Assembly (NCBI GenBank): GCA_963674755.2
Contig: CAXXVS010000002.1
Span: 2,496,001-2,560,000 of the forward strand
Length of the DNA stretch: 64,000 bases
Direction of reading: 5' to 3'
Origin: Desulfobacterales bacterium
GTDB taxonomy: Bacteria > Desulfobacterota > Desulfobacteria > Desulfobacterales > UBA5852
The position numbers and the translations under genes were made by a program. Numbering within the stretch: position 1 is the stretch's first letter; every line of letters starts with the position of its first letter. Shown piece after piece: positions 1 to 9,797 of this stretch. The notes beneath the pieces were generated by a model, which was given only the letters and a program-made list of their open reading frames with translations, was not told the DNA's origin and did no database searches.

Positions 1-98
1 ACCACCAAACCGGCCTCCCCCAATGGCTGCCGGAATAGCCGGGAATGCCTGGACAATTGTCGAAAACCATCTATTTTAATCTATCGATACCATTCAGA

Positions 99-125
99 GG
101 GATAAAATCAGAACTCGCCGGCGTT
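99..125 (+). promoter_or_regulatory. Possible ECF-type promoter (GGGATAAA-N15-CGTT)
   Basis: Resembles GGAATAAA...CGTT promoters of ECF26-like sigmas; lies upstream of an RBS-bearing ORF and the ECF sigma remnant. Confidence 0.3.
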
Positions 126-174
126 ATCAAGTTAGGAAACCCCAAACCGAAAACTATTTAAACGGGAGGTTGAA

Positions 175-324
175 ATGCCGGATACATCCAATAAACCCCA
201 CAGCGACGCGCCCTGCACGCGGCGTATTTTCTTTCATGTTCTGTTAACGTCCTTTTATGCCCTGGTCCTGGTTGCCCTGCCCTTTGGCTTCCACCACGAC
301 ACAGGCCAATTGCCCGCAACCTGA
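175..324 (+). pseudogene. 49-aa ORF, probable 5' remnant of a membrane/exported protein
   Basis: GGGAGG RBS at 164-169, ATG 175, hydrophobic stretch IFFHVLLTSFYALVLVALPF; runs out of frame into sigma-like sequence near 309. Confidence 0.35.
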
Positions 325-1280
325 CCGGCGACGCCGACAGCGCGGACGACCTGGTTCAAATGGCCTGCGAGCGTGCCCTCCAGCGCCTGCACCAGTACCG
401 CGACAGTACGCGTCTGGACAGCTGGCTCTACCGGATTGTCTACACCCAGTGGATCGACCGGACCCGCCGAAGGCAACGACGCGCATCCCACCAGGAAGCG
501 CTCCGGGAGGTCCAAGATAGCCGCGGGGAAGGTCCCCCCTCACCGGGGCGGCTGATTTCCTTCATGGATGTCAAGAAGGCCCTGGGGCAATTGGCCCAGG
601 AGCATCGGGCGGCAATCCTCCTCGTGGCCGTCGAGGGACATACCTATTCCGAAGCAGCCCGCGTCCTGGGAGTTCCGGTGGCCACCCTTTGGCCGCTGGC
701 CCCGGGCAAAACAGCGCACTACGTCGAGTCGGGAAAATGGCGGGACGAAAACAACCGGGAGCACACCTACGAAGCCCACTGGCAACTGGAAGTGATCGGC
801 CAGGAACGCATCCGCGTCAAGGCGGGTGACTTCGACACATGGAAGATCGTCGGCCGCCGGTTTTCTGCCGGAGACGCCTTTAAGCCTTCCCGCCTGCGCG
901 AAAAACGCATCTTGTACTATGCCCCGGTCGTGGGCTATTACGTGAAGCTGGAAGGCCGTTACCTGGGGCGCCGCCCGGACCGCAGCATCGAATTGCTGGC
1001 CGTCCTGCCACCGGTCGCGGATATGCATCGCGCGGCGCAGGCCGCTTTCCAAACCAGCTTCCAGCAGGCCCTGGAAGAGAAACCCAGCGGGGCCGCCTTG
1101 CAGTGGAACCGCGCGGAACTTGGCCTTTCCGGCACGACAACCCCGACGGCCACCTTCAAACTTGCTTCCGGCGACTACTGCCGCCAGTATGTGCAGCACC
1201 TGAACCGGTCAGGCGAGGAGCAAGTTTTCTTTGGTCTGGCCTGCCGGACGGACGCCGGACAATGGCAAATACCGCGCTGA
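309..1280 (+). pseudogene. Chimeric ORF: truncated ECF sigma-70 factor fused in frame to a surface-antigen/lipoprotein-like C-terminal region
   Basis: Sigma region 2 (IARNLTGDADSADDLVQMACERAL...LDSWLYRI) starts upstream of the first ATG (360); region 4 (EHRAAILLVAVEGHTYSEAARVLGVPVAT) breaks off before the SRLxRAR helix; C-terminus CRQYVQ...GLACRTDAGQWQ resembles 17-kDa surface antigen domains. Confidence 0.6.
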
Positions 1281-1478
1281 TGAAACGCTTCCCCCTGATG
1301 ATCACGCCGGCGCAATGACGGCGTGGCGTTCCGCTCCGATGGCCGCGACGATTAGTTTCGGCACAGGATTGTCCGCGGCCGCCATCGACGCGGCCGGATC
1401 GATGGCAGCGATCACCATTTCATTCGGAAGTGTGAGACTGCGAGATTAGCGCTTCCTACCTGCAATTAATCCGGATTC

Positions 1479-1501
1479 TGGACAGTGGCACGCAATCTGG
1501 A
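1479..1501 (+). repeat. 23-bp direct repeat, copy 1 (TGGACAGTGGCACGCAATCTGGA)
   Basis: 22/23 identical to 3466-3488; located at the GC-to-AT transition. Confidence 0.8.
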
Positions 1502-1816
1502 ATATCGGGAAGCGCTCAGAGCTTGTGATTTTCTTATCAATATTAACTAATCGCAACTTAGGTTTTTTATAACCACCCAATTTAAATCCAAGAAAATCTT
1601 GACAAATTCGAATATCATTTAGTACCCATAGCTTGGGTTTATACTCCTCTAATAGCTTTCAGTTCTCACCCCCTCCTCTCTATCCGTGACCGAAGTTTTC
1701 TTTCAATTGATCTCATTCCGCAAAAACCTACTCATCTAGTTTCCATTTCCTCTGCTTCCATTCAAAATAACAATTACATCCACTAACAGAATCTCTGAAG
1801 GAATATGGAGGTCAGT

Positions 1817-3325
1817 ATGGGAGACTTTGCAGAATACGAACAATATGACGGTGTGGGTTTGGCCACTTTGATTCGGAACGATGAAATTAAGGCTGTTGAC
1901 GTATGTGAAGAAGCAATTCGCCGAGCAGAAGCGCTAAACCCCAAGATCAACGCTATTATTACGCCCTTGTATGATTATGCCAGAAAGGCATTAGGGGTGC
2001 TGCCGGTAGATGGTTCGTTCTCTGGTGTTCCATTTTTGCTGAAAGACGCCCACCACGCATTGAAAGGGGAAACTTTAAGTTATGGAAGCGCCTTATTGAA
2101 ACAGAATGTCGCCGATATCGATGCGGAAATCGTACGCCGCTTCAAGCAATGTGGTTTAGTGATTTTAGGGAAAACCAATACACCGGAATTTAAAATTGGC
2201 TATGTCACTGAACCTAAAGCATTTGGAATAACAAGGAACCCATGGAATCCGGAATTTACGCCTGGCGGTTCCAGCGGGGGATCGGCTGCAGCCGTAGCTG
2301 CTCGCATAGTTCCCCTATCATCAGGTACAGATGAAGGTGGTTCGATTCGTGTGCCCGCATCCTGTTGCGGTCTATTTGGTCTCAAACCAAGCAGAGGCCG
2401 TAATCCTGTTGGCCCGGATTTCGACTTGGAATGGGATGGCGTATCAACCAGCCACGTGATCACGCGATCGGTTCGTGATTCTGCCGCAATACTGGACGCA
2501 GTTTCTGGATATGAATTTGGCGCTCCCTTTTGGTCTCCACCCCACCATCGACCATTCATCGATGAGGTAAGCACAGAGCCGGAGCCCCTCACCATTGGGT
2601 TTCACACACGTTCTGCCTTCGGTAGAGAGGTCCACGCGGAATGCAAGGAGGCCGTTAGACAGACGTGTAGGTTATTAAATGAACTTGGGCATCAGGTCGA
2701 AGAAATCGAACTCGCTTACAAAGAAGAGGAAATGGCTTTGGATTGGTTCATCGTCATGCTTGGAAATTTTGCGGCCCATGTCGAAAAATTGATTTCGGTC
2801 TATGGTAGGAATGCTGTCAAACACAATTTGGAAGAAAGAAGTTATGCATCTTACCGAATAGGATCGAACTTGAAGGCGGTGGACGTTATCAATGCCAAGC
2901 GTAAATGGCGAACTTACGGGTACATTATGGGGCAAACCTTGCAGAAATATGACCTTATACTCACACCGACGATTGGAGAACCGCCGATTCCTGTAGGTTC
3001 TGTAGGTCCGAGCAAATCAGATCAACGGGCCATGAAACTTCTCAGTTCGATGGTTGGTAAAATCATGACGGCCAATAGAAAGGTGATTTTTTCAATTATA
3101 GAAGATATTATTCAAAAACTTATGGTAACTCAGCTACCCTTTACTTTAATTGCCAATATTACGGGACAGCCAGCAATGTCCGTCCCCTTGTATTGGACGG
3201 AAAATGGGCTTCCTTGCGGTGTTCAGTTTCTTGCCCGGATTGGTGACGAAGCGGCCCTGCTGAGGATGGCTGGCCAATTGGAAAAGGCGAAGCCCTGGGC
3301 AGATAAAAAACCTCGGAATCTATGA
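1817..3325 (+). CDS. Amidase-signature family amidase
   Basis: [50 protein letters not shown] motifs; GGAGG RBS before ATG 1817. Confidence 0.93.
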   Translation: MGDFAEYEQYDGVGLATLIRNDEIKAVDVCEEAIRRAEALNPKINAIITPLYDYARKALGVLPVDGSFSGVPFLLKDAHHALKGETLSYGSALLKQNVADIDAEIVRRFKQCGLVILGKTNTPEFKIGYVTEPKAFGITRNPWNPEFTPGGSSGGSAAAVAARIVPLSSGTDEGGSIRVPASCCGLFGLKPSRGRNPVGPDFDLEWDGVSTSHVITRSVRDSAAILDAVSGYEFGAPFWSPPHHRPFIDEVSTEPEPLTIGFHTRSAFGREVHAECKEAVRQTCRLLNELGHQVEEIELAYKEEEMALDWFIVMLGNFAAHVEKLISVYGRNAVKHNLEERSYASYRIGSNLKAVDVINAKRKWRTYGYIMGQTLQKYDLILTPTIGEPPIPVGSVGPSKSDQRAMKLLSSMVGKIMTANRKVIFSIIEDIIQKLMVTQLPFTLIANITGQPAMSVPLYWTENGLPCGVQFLARIGDEAALLRMAGQLEKAKPWADKKPRNL

Positions 3326-3465
3326 AAATCAAGTCGCTGAATGTTTGAAAGAGACTATCCAAATAAAAGCCTGATCATAGGATAGCCCTGCCTTGATCTC
3401 AATCCTCCGTACTATCAGTTTGGTATCAAATGCCTATCTGGATGTAGGACTCAGCCCAAGCCGGT

Positions 3466-3488
3466 TGGACAGTGGCACGTAATCTGGA
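3466..3488 (+). repeat. 23-bp direct repeat, copy 2 (TGGACAGTGGCACGTAATCTGGA)
   Basis: 22/23 identical to 1479-1501. Confidence 0.8.
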
Positions 3489-3910
3489 TTTTTGGCTGGT
3501 TCAATTTCGGTGGGTTTATCTCAATATATCGGTAGTTGGTTGATCTTTGGTTTAATGGCCAGGTATGACTACCCGCTACTGCTCCCCAATCCCGCTGCTG
3601 CTCCCCAATAATGATTGACTAAATATCACCGATTTGATTACAAGCTTTATTGGATAGATTCTGAACCATCACTCCATCTGACTTGGAGCGGCTCTCTATC
3701 GCTGAATCGAGTCCTTCTTCCGTCCTCTCCTTCCATTCTCTGGTTGATCCGCTTGCTGAGTACTAAGGGTAAAACTTCAACCATGTGGGTATACCTATGG
3801 CTGATGAAGGCGCTTAGCGTCAGTGTTGGGCGGCGGTTCCAAATAACTACTAGTAGACGACAGCAAGTGAAAACAAATTACCAAAAATATATGTTTTAAG
3901 AGAGTGTAAA

Positions 3911-5284
3911 ATGCATATTTATAACAATTTTGTTAGCCGTATACATAGACCGCCCAATAATTTGAAAGACAGGTATTATAAATCGTGGGTTTTAGGAAAT
4001 TATGCTACAATAATGGGTGGATTATTTCACTTGATGTTTATTTTTATTTTTACAATTTTTGATGTTTTGCCACTGGCATTACTGAATATATTAAGTTCTA
4101 TAATTTGAGCATTTGCGGTTTATTTTAACCTCAAAGGTTTCATGAAAACAAGCTTTGTATTCGCCAACTTCGAAATTGTTATGCATGCGTATATTTGTAC
4201 CATTTTCATTGGTTGGAATACTGGCTTTCATTACCATATATTGGTGATGACTTCCTTTATCTTTCTAACGCCCTGGACAATTGGGCCCAGAATAGTAGCA
4301 TTTTCAATAAACATAATATTATACAGCCTCCTCAATTATTTCTTCCGAAACTTTTCTCCTATATTTGTTATAAATCCGACACTCTCGTATGTTTTCAATT
4401 ATTCTAATATTGTTTTTTTTGGTTTTATTCTTTCGTATTTTTCATACCATTACCAAACTATTGTGGATGAAACAGAGTTTAAATTAGAATTGGAGCACCA
4501 AAAAACAAATGAGGCTTTAGCGGAGCGAAATGGGATATTATCACTATTAAATGAAGAGCTTACAGAAGCTGAAGATTACGTTAGAAGTCTTCTGCCAAAT
4601 CCAATTGCTGAAGGTTCGGTTAAAACAGAGTGGCGATTTATACCTTCTGCGTCTTTAGGTGGTGATGCTTTCGGTTATCATTGGATCGATTCAGATAATT
4701 TTGCATTATACCTGATAGATGTTTCAGGACACGGTGTCGGAGCTGTATTGCTTTCTGTATCCGTTATGAATGCTATCCGTTCGCAGTCATTGCCTGAAAT
4801 CGATTTTAGGGATTGCAAACAGGTATTGGAATCATTAAACGAAAAGTACCCAAGTGAAGATAATAATGATATGTTTTTTACCATATGGTACGGCGTTTAC
4901 AAAAAAAGTACCGGATATTTGACCTATGCAAGTGGAGGCCATCCGCCAGCTATCTTACTAAGATACAACACTAGAAATGATTCCGAAGCAAAATTGCTGA
5001 AAACGCCAAATTATGTAATTGGAGGCATAAAAGATGCCACGTACGAAAAAAGAAAATTATCTGTTGGCAAGCATGCAAAATTGTATGTTTTCTCCGATGG
5101 GGTTTATGAAGTTAAAAAACAAGATGGTTCTATGTGGCGTTTTAAGGAATTTACAGACTTTATGATTAAGATCCAGACTGACGGTCAATCAATACTCGAT
5201 CGATTACACCGATATGCTATAGATCTAAAACACTCAGAAAGTTTTGAAGATGATTTCACAATCCTTGAGGTTACATTCACTTAA
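3911..5284 (+). pseudogene. Membrane-anchored PP2C/SpoIIE (RsbU-like) phosphatase interrupted by in-frame TGA at 4106-4108
   Basis: ORFs 3911-4108 and 4142-5284 share a frame and are separated only by one TGA; TM helices on both sides; LGGD, DVSGHG, FSDGVYE, DDFT motifs. Confidence 0.8.
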
Positions 5285-5477
5285 AAGAATGCTAACAATA
5301 TTTTGTCTAATTGTGATGTCAAAATTTGACTGTTGTATACCGGTATTAAGCTATTTAATCAAAAAGTTTTGGGTCCTCCAACTTGTTTGTAAAATTACCA
5401 GAGTGCAGTTATCTGCTATGGCTTCGCACTAGTCAGAGCTCTGAATCCTTGAGAGAGACGATACAAATCCATACCTC

Positions 5478-5505
5478 GCTGGGCAAGCCCCGAGGCTTGC
5501 CCAGC
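5478..5505. repeat. Perfect 12-bp stem-loop (GCTGGGCAAGCC-CCGA-GGCTTGCCCAGC), REP-like or IS200-end-like
   Basis: Perfect inverted repeat without a U-tract. Confidence 0.6.
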
Positions 5506-5684
5506 AGAGACACAGTTCATCAGAGGTGACAACTACCCTGACACAGGGGGCCTTTTCAATATTCCGCGCCACTTTATTAAGGATTGCTCATTGAGGTATT
5601 ACAAATGGACTAAATTTTGAGGCAAAACGAAGGGGTGGATTATGAATGTACTCTTTACATCACAGATGGTCGGCAATGTAGAAA

Positions 5685-6247
5685 GTGAAGGCTCCGACCG
5701 CCTAAAGGCGGTGGCTTCAAACGTGGTCGACTGAAGTCGACTCACGAGTCCACGGTGAAGTCGTCATCGCGGGCTCGCTCAGTGTGGGTTTGCTTTTCGA
5801 TATAGTCAGCTATGACCTCATCGGTGACATTACCCGATGATGCTGCAAAATAGCCGCGAGCCCACAGATGACGACCCCAACATTGTCTGGCTAAAATACG
5901 GCTTTCGCTTAACAACCGCCTTGACGTTTTTCCTTTGATGCGTTTCATCACCTGGCTTACCGAATGATACGGCGGTACGGAAACAAACAGATGGACGTGG
6001 TCCTTGGAAACATGCCCCTTGATGATCTCTATATCCATCGCCTTGCAGATCTCACGGATCAGCTCCCGCAACCGCGTCCCCACTCCTTCACTGAGCATCG
6101 GCTTGCGATATTTCGTGATCCATACCAAATGATACTTGATGTCATAAACCGAATGCGAGGTCTTGCGGTAATTCTTCATAATATCGCAAGCCTACTAAAG
6201 TCTTCGCCTAAAGGCGAGGGATTTTCTCCCATTCCCCGAGGGGGACA
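5685..6247 (-). mobile_element. IS200/IS605-family element (tnpA only), 563 bp
   Basis: Subterminal hairpins (CGCC-TAAA-GGCG) at both ends; on the minus strand it follows TTAA and ends in TTCAC; no target duplication. Confidence 0.9.
5742..6179 (-). CDS. tnpA: IS200/IS605 Y1 (HUH) transposase
   Basis: YHLVWITKYRK, DHVHLF (HUH), KGKTSR, LWARGYF, catalytic YIEKQ. Confidence 0.95.
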   Translation of the reverse strand: MKNYRKTSHSVYDIKYHLVWITKYRKPMLSEGVGTRLRELIREICKAMDIEIIKGHVSKDHVHLFVSVPPYHSVSQVMKRIKGKTSRRLLSESRILARQCWGRHLWARGYFAASSGNVTDEVIADYIEKQTHTERARDDDFTVDS

Positions 6248-7436
6248 TTAAAAACCGGTTTGTTCATTCTGCTACATATGAAGGAATGGCAGGTCCTGAC
6301 GGTAGCGTCACAAAAAATCTGCTAAAACGCTACCATCAGCTGGCTCAGGGGGAGGTCGGTTTGATAATTCCAGGATTTATGTATGTCCATCCTCTCGGTC
6401 GGGCCTATAATGCCCCCATGGGCATTCACTCGGACAATATGATTGAAGGGCTGGCCAGTCTGGTAAAAGCAGTCCACGAATTTGATTCCAAAATTTTTTT
6501 CCAGATCAACCATGCCGGCCAGCAGACCCGTCCTGAAGATATCGGTCAGACGCCTTTGGCACCGAGCAACTCAGTCAGGGATCCGAGCTATTTTTTCAAA
6601 CCCAGGCAGATGGATGAAACCGAGATTAGAGACGCGGCAAAAGCATTTGCAGATGCTGCAGAAAGGGCTGTAAAGGCAGGGGCCGACGGGATACAAGTAC
6701 ATTGTGCCCATTGCTATCTGATCAATCAGTTTCTATCGCCTTTCTTTAACCGCAGACAGGACAAGTGGGGCGGATCGTCAGAAAACAGGTTTAGCTTCCT
6801 GAAACAAGTGATCCAATCCATACAGGATAGAGTGCCGGATGATTTCTGCATAACCGTCAAGCTAAATACCAATGATTTCACCCCCAAGCCAGGAATAACC
6901 CCTGAACTCGCCGTTGAATACGCCGGAATGCTCAAAGACCTGGGCGTTGACATGATCGAAGTAAGCTGCGGTTCATCCATATTCTCCTACATGAACATGT
7001 GCCGCGGGGATGTTCCGGTTAAAGAGCTGGTTCAGAGCATGCCGCTTTGGAAAAAGCCGCTTGCCTGGTTTATGATACAGAGTCTGAAAGGAAAGTATGA
7101 TCTTGATGAAGGATATAATATGGCCGCGGCAAGATCAATCCGGCCAATGATAGGAGATATCCCACTTGCTTTAGTGGGGGGCATGCGCACCCTGGACAAA
7201 ATGTCGCAGGCCGTCACAGACCAGGATGCGGATCTGATCTCCATGTCTCGTCCCTTTATCCGGGAGCCGTTTATCGTCAAAAAATTTAAAGAAAGTAAAA
7301 AAGGTAAGGTTTCATGTGTGTCTTGTAACCGTTGCCTGGCAGCCATTCCCAACGGTTTTCCAGTCCATTGCTATAATAAGGGTTTTCCAAGAAAAGCCTG
7401 AAAAAAATGGGTTACGGGAATTTGATACTTAAACCT

Positions 7437-7505
7437 ATTGGGATAGGGAGACGCCGCACTTCCACCCACTCCCCGCAGCATATGGGTCCGTAATGCGCTC
7501 TTCGG
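7437..7505 (-). mobile_element. Degenerate group II intron 3' end (DV/DVI remnant, class C-like)
   Basis: Minus strand GAAGAGCGCATTACGGACCCATATGCTGCGG...GGCGTCTCCCTATCCCAAT resembles ...TACGGACCCGTACGCACGG...CCCTATCCCGAT; no RT ORF. Confidence 0.5.
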
Positions 7506-7946
7506 CTTATCGATATAAGATTGATGGTGAGCCAATTCGGCTTGCTGAGCAATGTCCGGATAAGTTTCGATTTTTTCGAAATGGATAATATTTTCATCCA
7601 CTGCATTCAGGGGATTGCATTCAAGTGCGCTCCATGCACCTTCTAATGCAATCGTTCGCCTGACTAAAAATTATCCCTTCAAAGTTTTCTGCCATCGAAA
7701 ACTGGCTAAATTCAGATCCGTAACGCGTATTTTGAAAATATTGGAATAGTGTGAACCTGCGCTATCACCAACTTGTCCGTAAAACACCCTGAATTGTGCT
7801 AGCTGCTATTAACAGAAAGCCCTCAATGTAGTTCTGAAATTTGAGATAGCTAAAAAATATGTAAACCTTGGGAGATTCATAGGATGCTTTGATAACGAAT
7901 TGTCAACGGATGCAAATTCCCCTCCCGATCAGGATTCTATGGGCGT

Positions 7947-8279
7947 TTAGCTTTCGATATCCCGTTTGAGCCGTTCAAATTCTTCTTTTGAAATCTCGCC
8001 TTTGGCGTAACGGGTTTTCAGAATATCCAGAGGCGTTTCACGATGACTCCCGAAAGATCCCCCGGCCCCGACATTCCGATTGTAAATGAGATAGACGACG
8101 ACAGCGATCACGATGATAATGATCAACCACATAACCCCTCCTCCATAACCGCCATAGCCCATCATGTTGCCCCAGCCCCCCATGGCGCCGCCCATCGGCT
8201 GCGGGGTGCACCCGAGAAAGGCGAGCGGCAGCAATATCCATGTCACAAGAATCCGAAGTGTTCGCTTCATTCTCATCAT
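7947..8279 (-). CDS. SHOCT-domain membrane protein with Met/Gly-rich linker
   Basis: Lipobox-like FLGC, MMGYGG, TM helix, PLDILKTRYAKGEISKEEFERLK. Confidence 0.85.
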   Translation of the reverse strand: MMRMKRTLRILVTWILLPLAFLGCTPQPMGGAMGGWGNMMGYGGYGGGVMWLIIIIVIAVVVYLIYNRNVGAGGSFGSHRETPLDILKTRYAKGEISKEEFERLKRDIES

Positions 8280-8298
8280 GATGCCCCTATGGTCCCCC

Positions 8299-8781
8299 CT
8301 ATCCGCAGCACGATCCATGCAACGGTATGGTCGATCTGTCCGATGGCGTCACGATCGCGGTGATGGTAGGGGTCATCCGGATGCGCAATCGCCGGCTGCG
8401 TCCGATGCAGACCGCCGTCCCGAAGCCCAGACCCAGCCCCGCCAGCCCTCCCAGAACCGACGCACCGTTGCCCCAGCCTGCGGTGCCGCCCAGCCATAGT
8501 CCGCCCACCGCGCCCAGGATCAAGGTTGCGATGGGCAGCAGGTACATGATGGCCGCCCCTTTGAAGAGCGTGGCCGGGGGAATGCTGATCCTGACCACAT
8601 CCCCCACACCGGCATTGACCGGGTTGCTGACCTCACTTTCCAGCTTGCTGCTCGCTGTCAGACAGCCATGGCAATGGCCGGGTCCGGAATGGCAGCCGCC
8701 GCAGGCACTGTTGCGGTCGGTCACCACCCGCGCCATGCCGTTCGATTCATTGTTGACGACGATTCCGATCTGCTCACCCAT
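8299..8781 (-). CDS. RseC/MucC family membrane protein
   Basis: SACGGC...CHGC, VGDVV, YLLP and two TM helices. Confidence 0.85.
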   Translation of the reverse strand: MGEQIGIVVNNESNGMARVVTDRNSACGGCHSGPGHCHGCLTASSKLESEVSNPVNAGVGDVVRISIPPATLFKGAAIMYLLPIATLILGAVGGLWLGGTAGWGNGASVLGGLAGLGLGFGTAVCIGRSRRLRIRMTPTITAIVTPSDRSTIPLHGSCCG

Positions 8782-8793
8782 GTTGCACCTCGC

Positions 8794-9141
8794 TCAGGAG
8801 ACAATCAGTTTGCCATCCATCCAGAAATGTCCCCAGCCGCAGAAGTGCGTGCACTTGAAGGTGAATTCGCCCTTTTTGTCGGCTACGAATTCGATTCGTA
8901 CGGTCTTGCCGGGAGGCAAATCCTTATCGATGTTGAAGGCGGACAGCCCGAAGCCATGTTCCGTGTCGATCGCCGTCACCTCCAGCACGACCGTGTCGCC
9001 CAAGTTCACGTTGATGGTTTCAGGGGTAAAATGATACTTTTCGGCGGTCATTTTGATGACCCTGGTTTCCGCGGCCGAAGCGCCCGCCGTATAGCCCAGA
9101 ACCACGAGAAAGACGCTTGCCAAGCCGATCCATTTTTTCAT
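8794..9141 (-). CDS. Exported cupredoxin with CuA-type motif
   Basis: Signal peptide; D-T-E-H-G-F...C-THF-C-GWG-H-FW-M (CxxxCxxxHxxM). Confidence 0.88.
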   Translation of the reverse strand: MKKWIGLASVFLVVLGYTAGASAAETRVIKMTAEKYHFTPETINVNLGDTVVLEVTAIDTEHGFGLSAFNIDKDLPPGKTVRIEFVADKKGEFTFKCTHFCGWGHFWMDGKLIVS

Positions 9142-9276
9142 AGCAGCACCTCGCTTTTCTTCTCCTTTGCGGTCGCCGTCATTGCGGACGGGGATCGTTC
9201 CCCAAAGCTGTTGCAACGATGCAACCTACAGGGACGTAAACGGGTTCTTCCCTTCCATAGATCCTGGCATGCCCCT

Positions 9277-9687
9277 CTACCAGGCGTTCGCATAAGGCGC
9301 GTTTGGATAACGTCCGGCCTCTTCCTGTTGCAGCAAATCGAACCCGTATTCTGCATGGGCCAATTCCGCCCGCAATTTCCCGATGTCGTGATGCAGCCGT
9401 TCGACCTTGGTTACGTCGGGGATGGGGCGGTTCAGTTCCTGATCGAGGGCGACCTGCCGGGCCTTGATGGCCTGGTGCAGACAGCGGTATTCCTGATCGT
9501 ACTGTTGGCGCTCATGCGCTTTCTGGGCGAGGGTTTCCAGCGGCAACGGGGCGTCATTGCGCCATTGGCCCTGGTCGTTCATTTTATGATCGTTCAGGTA
9601 GCCTCCGCCGCCCAGCCCGCCGGCCCAGGCGGCGGGTGTCATCAACAATAGGGTTGCGCTTAAAGCGACCATCCATATTCTTTTCAT
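9277..9687 (-). CDS. Exported ZraP/Spy/CpxP-like helical protein (paralog 3)
   Basis: Signal peptide ...AAWA; LDQELNRPIPDVTKVERLHHDIGKLRAEL helical hairpin; ends in W like the other paralogs. Confidence 0.65.
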   Translation of the reverse strand: MKRIWMVALSATLLLMTPAAWAGGLGGGGYLNDHKMNDQGQWRNDAPLPLETLAQKAHERQQYDQEYRCLHQAIKARQVALDQELNRPIPDVTKVERLHHDIGKLRAELAHAEYGFDLLQQEEAGRYPNAPYANAW

Positions 9688-9797
9688 GAGGATTCTCCCT
9701 GGCTGTTTTCTTGTTCGGACACTTAGCCCCATCTTCGCGGCGCACCCGCGGTCTTGCCTTCGGGGGGCGCCCCTTTTCCTTCCAAGCTTGCCTGTCG

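Larger units (their letters stand above)
5642..7401 (+). pseudogene. NADH:flavin oxidoreductase (Old Yellow Enzyme family) disrupted by IS200 within codon 15
   Basis: Removing 5685-6247 restores MNVLFTSQMVGNVEIKNRFVHSATYEGMAG; QINHAG, HCAHCYLINQFLSP, C-terminal CxxCxxC. Confidence 0.9.

Noticed and set aside
1486..1501. TGGCACG repeats as sigma54 promoters
   Set aside because: The -12 position reads CTGG rather than TTGC in both copies.
4106..4140. Selenocysteine readthrough of the in-frame TGA (weak hairpin follows)
   Set aside because: Lies in a TM helix of a non-redox protein where Trp fits; the hairpin is weak with an AU-only loop, unlike a bacterial SECIS.
3810..5300. Integron cassette (GTTGGGC at 3825, GCTAAC at 5291)
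   Set aside because: No complete attC palindrome and no integrase in the window.
5685..6247. IStron (self-splicing IS) in the OYE gene
   Set aside because: The element is only 563 bp, almost all tnpA, antisense to the host gene, with no room for a group I intron.
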